From Xylographa opegraphella (lineage: Eukaryota): a stretch of DNA of 64,000 nt. Of the stretch, positions 50,174-59,689 are shown piece by piece. Made by a program: the position numbers and the translations under genes. The DNA is taken from contig JALDZX010000066.1 of the NCBI GenBank assembly GCA_022813865.1, positions 1 through 64,000 on the forward strand. The letters are read 5' to 3'. The notes under the pieces were generated by a model, which saw only the letters and a program-made list of their open reading frames with translations, did not search any database and was not told where the DNA came from. Position 1 is the stretch's first letter; each line of letters opens with the position of its first letter.

Positions 50174-52145
50174 ATGCCTGCGGAAACTGACTTCCTGTGG
50201 TCGCAGCAACTGATACTGCTTGCTTTGTTTACTAGTTGCCTGTACGTTTTCAGTGTTGCAGTTCATCGTTTGTACTTCAGTCCTCTTGTCAAGTTCCCAG
50301 GTCCTAAATTGGTGGCTCTGACCTACGGGGTGGAGCTCTACTACGACATTCTTAAACGTGGCCGATACATTTTCGAAATTATGAAAATGCACGAGAAATA
50401 TGGTAAGCCTTGCTCTACTGGATTTGACCTCTGGGTATGCAGTCTGCGAGGTGTTCATTTGGCAAAGGTCCTATCGTGCGAATATCACCCGACGAGGTGC
50501 ACATCAACGATCCAGACTACTTCGACGAGATGTTTCCAGGCTTCCAAAAGCCAACTGATAAGGCTTCCTCTGCTGCCGGCGCCTTTGGAAAGTACGTCGT
50601 CTGAGCTGCGTTTTCAGCTTGATTTCTAATCGCACCTAGCTCGTTATCCATCATCAGCACCGTCCCGCACAACCTTCACAAGATGCGGAGGAGCTCTTTG
50701 AATCCCTTCTTCTCGCAGAAGTCCGTTATTGAATATTCTGGCTCCATCCAGCAATGTGTCGACAAGCTGTGTTCGAGGCTTGAGGAATTCCGCTCATCCA
50801 AGATTCCCATTGACCTCAAGATAACATTTGCTGCACTGACGGGCGATGTCATCTCCCTGTACAGTTTTGGGAAGTCATACAATGGCCTCGACGACCCGGA
50901 CTTTGATCCTAAGCTATATCGCGGCACTTCGTCTGGTGGGGAGCTGGCATTACTATTGATGCAATTTCCTTGGATCTTTCCTATAGCAAACTTGCTACCA
51001 TACTGGCTTGTAGCGCGAATGGATAGCAACGTGGCTGATATGCTCGATAGAAGAAGCGTAAGTGGATTTAACGACATGATTGTTAATTAAATGGCTATGC
51101 TCGAGCCTCAAGCACTCACATACATTGGAAAATTATACGGCATTTCAACTGACTATGATAGAGGGAGGGCGCTAACTTCAGCTGTTCATATAGGCAATTG
51201 AATCGCAAGTCCAAGATATCACGAGCGGCAACGAAAAACACCACAACAAGGGTATTCAATCACCTACTATCTTCCATGATCTATTCAACAGCAACGTCCC
51301 TGCCGCAGAGAGATCGACTCAAAGATTGGTTGACGAGGGCGTCACCCTCCTTGGCGCAGGAACGGTCACAACAGCCCATGTCCTTAGTACCACAGTCTAC
51401 CACATACTTGCCAATCCTTCGATCCTCCAAAAGCTCCAAGCAGAGCTGCGTGAATTGATGCCCGATGCAAACAGCAAGCCCAGTTTAGTCCAAGTCGAGC
51501 GCCTCCCGTACTTGACTGCCATTGTCAAAGAAGGTCTCCGTATCACTGGCGGCATGTATGTATAATATCAATCTTCGATTTGCATTCAGGCAGCACTGTG
51601 CGTTCTCGAATATGGCTTGAAAGTCAACTCACATGTTGAAGTTTCTTGACGGCTATCTCATCGCTATCCTTGCATTCCTAAGAAAAATACTAACGCCGAG
51701 CTCCACCCCCCACAGCATCCACCGCGCCCAACGCGTCGCGCCCGACCGCGCTCTACAATACCAGAACTGGACCATCCCACCCGGCACCGTCGTCAGCATG
51801 ACAAGCTACATGAACCACATCAACCCGACCATTTTCCCTGCGCCAGAGAAATTCCGGCCTGAACGCTGGCTCAAAGACGAGGACTCACCCACCAAAGGGT
51901 CAGCAGCGGCAGGCAATTTGGAGAAGTATCTGATCCCATGGGGCAAGGGCACACGCATCTGTCTTGGGATGAACCTGGCGTACGCGGAGCTGTACCTGAC
52001 GCTCGCGGCTGTCTTCAGACGGTTCGACTTGAAGCTGTTTGAGACGACGGGGGAGGACGTGAGAGTCGTGCATGATTTTATTTTCGGCGCGCCGAGGTTG
52101 GACTCGAAGGGGGTGAGGGTTGTGGTGAAGGGGCTGAGGGAGTGA
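50174..52145 (+). CDS. Cytochrome P450 (CYP58/trichodiene-oxygenase-like group); five exons
   Basis: TM anchor, FPGPKL, HEKYG|PIVRISP, I-helix GAGTVTT, KEGLR, PERW, heme loop PWGKGTRICLG. Introns 50403-50467, 50592-50639, 51058-51193, 51556-51715. Confidence 0.93.
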
Positions 52146-52620
52146 GATGGGAAGGGAGATGGGTATAGCTGAGCGGCTTTGTGGATTTGTTACTCAATTT
52201 AGGGGTTGGAGATACTTGGCTGAAGCCCATTGCAATTGGTTGGCATCTATGCTGTTGGAATGGGATTTGACTATGGAGTACAAAGTCAAAACACATGTGG
52301 CTATTACAAAGCGGCAGCTTTTGATCACTATACAAGTACGCTTTGTCTGTAAAATGTATCACCAGCACTGCAGGTCTTCGCTTCCTTTAGGTCCACTCCC
52401 GGGTAAGCTGATGATGACGTAGAGCAGCTGGTATTCAAATCGCAATGCATAGGTAACGATCATATCAACCACCTAGAATACTACTTTTATGAATAATTTC
52501 TTCCATGGAAGCACACATGCGTTGCGCTACTTCCGGTCTCGTGTTACGTCCCCTTGCAGTTACGTTTTCTCATCAGCCTGGCTTCAAAGCCCTTCATCAC
52601 GCAGCATCAGAATCCAAGGC

Positions 52621-54010
52621 ATGAAGCGAAAAGCTACCGACGCCTCAGGGGCTGTGAAGTCGAAGCGTCCGAGAGAAAGCATCGCTGACTACTGCGATGT
52701 CGAGCCCCGCCGAGATGTGCGTGACGGGATCATCTGGCCGGCGCCGGAGGAAGCTATGGATGCAGCGAGAGCGTTTTTGAGGAAATGGTAGGGAGTCTGG
52801 GGGTTTAACGACGTAATTGGTTCGATGGATGTTGGGTCTGACTTCCCACAGTGCTGCAGCGCAGCAAAGGACGCTGATCGTGCCGGATAAAGACGCCGAC
52901 GGACTCGATGCCGGGGTTATCGTTCACAGGACACTGACTGCTTTGGGGCTTTCGCCGGCCTTGATTGACGTCCATCTCGTGAAGAAGGGGGCCAACATCC
53001 ATGACGAGCAAGAGCGGGCTTCGATGCAGGCCAAAGACCCCAAGTTCGTCGTCGTCGTCGACCAAGGCAGCAGGAGTGGACCGCCCGTCGTGGCCGACGA
53101 GGGCGCGCAGTCGCTGATCATCGACCACCACCTCAGCGACGACTTCCCCCAGCACGCCACCGTCGTTTCCGCCTGCCACTACCCCCCCGTCGCCACGTCC
53201 GCGCTGCTGACATACGAGATCTGCAAACCGCTGCACGCGGACGTCGCCTCGAAATGCGGCTACCTCTGCGCCATGGGCACGCACGGCGATCTCGGTACGA
53301 CGCTGAAATGGAAGCCCCCCTTCCCCGACATGGCCGACACCTTCCGAGCGCACTCGAAGAAGGCCATCAACGACGCCGTCTCCCTCATCAACGCCCCGCG
53401 CCGCACCGCCACCTTCGACGTCCGCTCCGCATGGGACGCGCTCCTCCACGCCCCCGACCCGAAGGCGCTCCTCGCCCACCCCCGCCTCCTGGCCGCGCGC
53501 GCCGAGATCAACGCCGAAGTCGAACGGCACACGCACGCGCCCCCGAAGTTCAGCCGTGACGGCCGCATCGCCGTGCTGCGCATCCACAGCACGGCGCAGG
53601 TGCACCCCGTGATCGCGACCCGCTGGGCCGGGCACCTCGCGTCCAAGGCGCTCGAGATCGTCATCGTCGCCAACGCCGGCTACATGCCGGGCATGGTGAA
53701 CTTCTCCTGCCGCATCGCGCGCTGCGCCCGCGCGCGCGACCCACCCGTCGACATCATCGCGGCTCTGAAAGCTGTGGCCGACCTCGACGCCACCGGCCTC
53801 GCGCAGCGCCTGGGCGACAGTTTCGCCCGCGGCCACAAGGAGGCCTCCGGCGGCATCGTGCCCGCGGCCGCGTTCGAGGAGCTGATGGCGCTCATGAAGG
53901 TGGGCGAGAAGCCGGATGCGGCGCCGGCCGAGGCGGCGAAGGGGGGGAGGAAGGGCACGGCGTCGCAGAAGAACAATCTGATGAATTACTTCAGGAAAGG
54001 CGCTAGCTAG
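52621..54010 (+). CDS. DHH-family phosphoesterase (RecJ-like, DHH + DHHA1); exons 52621-52787 and 52852-54010
   Basis: Motifs DKDADG, VVDQG, IIDHH, MGTHGD and ARGHKEASGG. Intron 52788-52851 (GTAGGG..CTGAC..CAG). Confidence 0.9.
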
Positions 54011-54783
54011 GCGCTGCCGGTGCGGTTGGCGTCTTCCAGCCCTTCGGGTTTTTTTCGGCGCGCTCGGGGTCTGCCACGCCTGCCGCACAGCTCGGATTAA
54101 CATACCGGAATCACGCCCGCCCTATCCGTGACATTTAGCCTCCCCTGAGGAGCCAACACGCGCCCCACCGAACGCGAGGCCTCAACAGCGTGCCGACGCC
54201 GTCGTCCCAATCGCCTGCCCGTGGTCCGCGCCCCCAGCGCGAATGTGCAGTCCCGCACCAAGATCGCCCACCTCGCATCGCGGCACCACTTCCAAACTTC
54301 CAACCACTTCTCGGAACCGCGGACGAGAGTGTTGTAGCGGCAGCGGCACGAGACCCGCGATGGCCGTGCGTGGTGGAAGTGAGGGAGTGGTATGTGGCGG
54401 GTATGGTTTGCTGTGTGTGGTTCGTTATATATCTATGCGCCATGGTCTTGGATGACCCCAGCTGGGCACGAGTAGAGCGGGTTGGGGATAGGGTTGTCGG
54501 GTCACCTAGGTAAGGGCGTGGGGGGCTGGGAGGGGGGAGATGGATGTCCGGGGTAACAGCGGCAGTCTACTACCTTAGGAGGGAGAGATATCTAGCGAAG
54601 ATGCACAGCGCAAGACAGATTACACGAAAAGCTACAAGTCAGGACAGCGAGGCATAGAATTTAGTATTGTCGCTATCCCCGAAAGGCAGCGCAGCGCGCT
54701 ATCGCCCCCTGATAAATCCTCACAGCTGCTCATCCCCCACGGTGACACTCGCGCTCTAAACCCCCGAAAATGCCGCCCCCCCG

Positions 54784-57035
54784 TCATCCACCTCCACCCC
54801 CCCACTCCTCCCACGCCCCATACGCCGGAAACCTCTCCACCGCCCCCCTCGCCCCCACCGCCCTCCCCACGACCCTCACCCCCACGGCCCCCTCCCCACT
54901 CACCACCACCCCGCCATCGAAGCGCTGCGCGCGCCACTGCAGCGCCGTCCGCAGCAGCGGCAGCACAGACGGCGGAGCCAGATCCGGAAGGTCGGAGACA
55001 GGCAGGCGGAGCAGGGCGTGGGTGAGAGGGAGTTGGCCGTGTGTGAGGCGCGGAGCGGGGTGTGCCGCGGAGGTCGACGGGGTGGCGAGTAGGGGGAGGG
55101 AGGCGATGAGGTTGGGGGCGGAGGACCACGATTGCGGGGAGGGCGGGGGCGCGGCGAGGAAGAAGTGTAGGAAGAGGGGGGTGGGGAGTTGGGATCTAAG
55201 CGAGGGGGGTGAGCGAGATGGCTTGCGGTGGGGCGGTTGAGGGGGAGCTTTACACGTCTGCGGCGATGTTGATGGCCCATTGGTAGTGTGCCGCGAGCGC
55301 GCTCGTGGCTCTCGTTCCCGGCTCCCTGGTCCGTGCGGAGCGTTTCTCGGTCGCGCTGTCGGGGTTGTATAGGCTGTTGATAGTGGCGCGCACGGTGGCG
55401 GCGAGTTGTGCGGCGCTGGTGGCGTTCCAGTCTTGCACTTCGGGGTAGGCGTAGCCGAAGGTACGTGGGGAGCGGACGGTGGTGGAGGTGTAGAGGGTGC
55501 CGTTGGGGGAGGCGTGGAAGGGGGTGAGGGCTAGGGGGGAGGGGATCGATCAGGACGGGGTTCGGAAAGGGAGAGGTGGGTGATTGGAAGGAGGGGGGAC
55601 GTACGCGTGTTGGCGTCTTCGAGGCTGCCGGACGGGTTGGTGAATGTGCCGTAGGAGCTGGCTTCGGGGGTGGTGAAGGAGGTGGGGTAGAGAGCTTGCC
55701 AGATGGTGGTAAGGCGGTCGACATTGCTGGGGATTTGTTAGTATTTTGTTATATTTTTGAGGAAGGCCTGGTGGGGAGACTTGCGCGTGGTGTAGCCAGA
55801 AGATGGGGTCGAAGCTCGAGTACGGGATGTAGCCCATGTGGCCGCCGTTGCCGACGATGCCGTGGATCATATTGTGCATGCTCTCGAGGCTGTTGCCGTG
55901 GGAAAAGGCAGAGCTGGTGAAGTTGGTGTAGTCGGGTTCGGAGGCGAGGAGCTGGTACGTGAGGTCGTGGAGGCTGTGGAGGGGGGGTGTAAGCGTGTGG
56001 TTTTGAGGGGAGTGGGATTTACTGACGAATCTGCATTGGCTTGTAGTTGTCTGTTGACTTTGACGGGCTGGCTGGTGGCGTTGGGGTCTAGCGATGTCGG
56101 GAAGCGTACTGTGCTCAGGAATTGAGAGACCTGGAGAGTCGTGAGAAAGTTCTCTATGTTCCGGTGGCGCGTAATGGAAATAAGTAGAGCAAGACTTGGT
56201 GTCACACAATCATGGTATGTGTACGGAGATGTCTCGACGTACCGTGTCACCTTCGGGGAAATCTGGGCTAGTTGGGAGAGGGTTGAATGTATAATTGTAC
56301 AATGGATTGGCGACATCCCGTACGCCTGAAGGTGTAGTAATGGTGATGGTGGGAGCATTGGCCAAGGCAGGCATCGTCGGATTTAGTGACCAATCCCAGT
56401 ATGGTATTCGAAAGGTCTCAGCAGCTGCCCTGTATGTAGCTGCGTTCGTTGAGTTGTAAGTAGTTGCAATCGATCGAGCGTTGGCATGCAAAAGTTGCTG
56501 AAAGACTTCAGCTCATATCACGGCAATGAAATACAGCCCTCAAAAGTGCAGACATACCTCATATAGTGCCACATATGGCCTGTGCCAGGTGGGAAAGAGT
56601 ATGGAGCTATGAGTACAGTAGCCAATTGCACCAGTGTTGTCTCCCAGAACCCCATCCCACGGCACGTTTGGGTATCTATCATGATCAGTACTCAAAGCTG
56701 ATGTTTATCCTGTTTTGGCGGTATTACCCATGGATTCCTTGACGTTATCAGACTATGAGGGTTACAACCCAACGGACTTTCAGCTTACCGGCAACGCCAT
56801 AATAAGACAGCATCGCTGACTGATTCGTCTGCGCAAGCTGCTGCAGAGCTTGAATGTACAGGTCGAAGGCAGGGCCGGCATTCTGAAAAGTTGAGAATTC
56901 TTGACGGAAAGGCCGTTGACCTGTCAAGGTGTTGACTCCAGCGTGCACGCCATTGATGGCAAAGGCGGCTGAGGCAATCGTGCGGACGACAAATAATAGA
57001 ATTATCCATGAAGTCTTATACCGGGCTGTTGCCAT
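54784..57035 (-). CDS. Secreted tyrosinase (type-3 copper) with C-terminal domain; nine exons
   Basis: Signal peptide; Cu[24 protein letters not shown]; CuB ESMHNMIH and [21 protein letters not shown] before the C-terminal domain. Introns 56738-56788, 56676-56727, 56498-56557, 56131-56242, 55974-56026, 55727-55784 (GC-AG), 55531-55604, 55196-55253. Confidence 0.93.
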
Positions 57036-58219
57036 GTGAAGTAGATTTTCTGGGAATTTCCAGAGCACGCTATCCACGATCTGTCAAGCTTTTTGTGGTC
57101 AAGTCCCAATGATCCTGTGACAAGGAAAAGGAGATCCACGGATAACAACGTCTCTGCAGGAATTGTTCCAATGGCATCCCCAGTCATCGAGGGTGACGTC
57201 GTGAAAACCTTTTTGATATGAACGGGGTTGTCTCGAGGAGAAGCTCGCTTCCGCGCCAATAAAGACTTTGTTCTGAAACATGGAGATGGATGACAGTTTA
57301 TCTAGAAGTTCAGTGCTTCTCCCAAGATAGTGATACGTTGCGCGAATCAATACATGCGTTCTATGATTAGAATAAGCATACGCGTAGATCAGCTTGCAGC
57401 ATGGCGAATTACACCATGCAGGATCCCGGATATTGCATCTCGGTATCCTTCCACGAACGTTAAACCACCATATGTCGGCAAATGGTGATTGGACATCTTC
57501 GAATCCGATGTGACATGTCTGATGTGTTTGATGAGATCCATCCATTAGCACTCAGCCATCACTCGGATGGGGTTCTCTGTCAGTATGTCTCGTTACTGAG
57601 AAATGGCTCACAGCTTTGGAGCGGGCTGGTAGGAATAAATGCAAGATTACCCCAATCCAAGAGCTGGGAACAAGAGTTTGTCGTATGAGAACCACCTGGT
57701 CGGAAATGAAAGTCAATGTTTAGAGGGCCTTGTCAGACAGTGGCTGCAGTGAAGCTTGGTCGCCAAACCTGAAGCGGCAATATCCACAACCCTTGCATCG
57801 AACGGTCCGTTGTGAAACGTCGCTCAACCGCATCTCCAATAACAGGCAACATATTGGAGAACACGAGATGTCTCTGCCTTGAGTGACAGAATTAAAAGAA
57901 AAAGAGTTGTCTGGGGCTTCCACGACCTCGAAATTGGACCGGAGAATGCTATGTGCATCCTGTCCTTCTTCAACCTAGAACCGCAATGCAGAAAAGCTGG
58001 TTCCGCAGAACTTATTCTTGTGCGCCGCACTTCATCGTATTCAACACGCCATCCCTGTGGTCAAAAAAGGCTTATGGATATAGACATACCGAGTCAAAAT
58101 CGCTCGAAAATAATGACCACAAGCAACAATAACCGTACGGCGACACCAGTGACTTCGAGTGCAAAGCTGACCGCCGATACACTTACAAAGTCACACAAGC
58201 CCCGTCGTGCTCTACACCT

Positions 58220-59353
58220 CTACTCCTCATTCAAAATCTCACACCTCTCCCACCCCTCCGCCCGCACCTGGATCTTCGCACTCTCCAACACCCTCCTCTT
58301 GACATCTCCCCCTCTCACATCCGTATCCACAAAGGCCCCGTGCGTGCTCGTGAACTCAAACGGCCGCACCGCCCTCCAGATCTGCATGACTTTCTGCGGC
58401 GGCAGCGGGATGAAGTTCGGGATCGACCACATGAACGCATAGGACGTAGTGCCCGGCAGGCGATCGACATGATAGTACGCCGACTACAGTTGCCCCAAAC
58501 CGTCAGTATGTATAGGAAGAACCTAGGTGGGGAGTGGGAACGGGCGTACCTGCACGGTTAACAGACTATCCGCGATGAAGAGCTGGCGCTCCCAGTGCAG
58601 CACCAAGCTACCGTCGAAATGCCCGCCCGTCTTGATGGCCGTGACGCCATCGAGGATCGTTTCCGTAAAGCCTCTGATGAGTCGCCGCTCCACATCCAGA
58701 GTATCCTGTCTGTCCAGCCACTCCGCATCCTCGAAAGAGGTGTAGACGGGACAGTGGAAAGCCTGAGCCCATTCGACGTACGTGGTGTAGTAGTGAGGAT
58801 GCGAGATGACAATCGCCTTGATCCCTCCCAGGGATTTGATCTACCACCGTCAGAACCGACGCGCAAAGCTGGCAGACACCGCTCTGTGACAGCGCACTTT
58901 CTCAATCGTAGCCTCGTCCAAGAATGCAATCAGGTCCCAAAGCACGTTGCCATGCTCTGTCTGCAGCAGGATCGCCCGTTCGCCTATGCCGAACTTCCCC
59001 AATCAGCTCCAGCCTTTCCATTCCATGTTGTCAACACGGTGTGCGATCCCTTACTTTTGGCTCAGTCCAGACGGAGTGCACTCGATGATCAATCTCATCC
59101 TGTTGCCATTTGTTCTCAAACGCGCCCTCTCGCATCTCCTTCAGGGTGGTGAAGGATTGCCCTGTAGGGGGAACGAATTGGCGAGGATCCTGGATACACA
59201 GCGCAGACTGAGATCAGCACAATGAGCTGTAACGCAGCTTTCTTAGGCGCGTCTTACATCGCAGATCCTGCAAGCGGCTTTCTTGGAATCACGATCGACT
59301 CCGAATTGGGTGCCGCAGGCGGTGCAGATCAGAAGATCAAGGTTGGAAGACAT
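58220..59353 (-). CDS. Metallo-beta-lactamase-fold hydrolase with an N-terminal CxxC..CxxC zinc ribbon; five exons
   Basis: LICTACGTQF..CRICD|DPRQFVP, FGIGERA..GNVLWD, IVISHPHYY, KTGGHFDGS, FIADS, FMWSIPN, STHG. Introns 59190-59257, 58994-59054, 58841-58897, 58484-58549. Confidence 0.88.
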
Positions 59354-59689
59354 CCCAGAAAGAAATTCAGGGAGGTGTGGGAAGTCAGAGGGAGGGCTGC
59401 CTCAACTACATTAGAATCCCAAGTCCTGAGTCAAGAGGAGCTTCTGTATAATACACTATCATGGGAACCTTTCGTATGGGGATTACATGGAATACGACGT
59501 ATTTACACTAAGACATGACGATGATCTCATCCACACCGCTCTGCATGCATAGAGGAGAAATAATTCTTGTCTAGGATATAAGTATATTTATTTCTTACCT
59601 GAAGCCGTAGCGCCTGGACAAGGTATCTTGGAAAAAGAGGTATCCCGATATTTAACGCTGTCTAGCAAACCTTCCCATGCATGTTGTCG

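Noticed and set aside
51058..51193. Internal CTGAC..TAG in P450 intron 3 suggesting a stwintron or hidden microexon
   Set aside because: Excision to 51161 does not recreate a donor and the frame is kept only with the distal acceptor; at most a cryptic site.
52805..54103. 432-aa antisense ORF over the DHH gene
   Set aside because: Shadow ORF caused by very high GC3 on the sense strand; no recognisable motifs.
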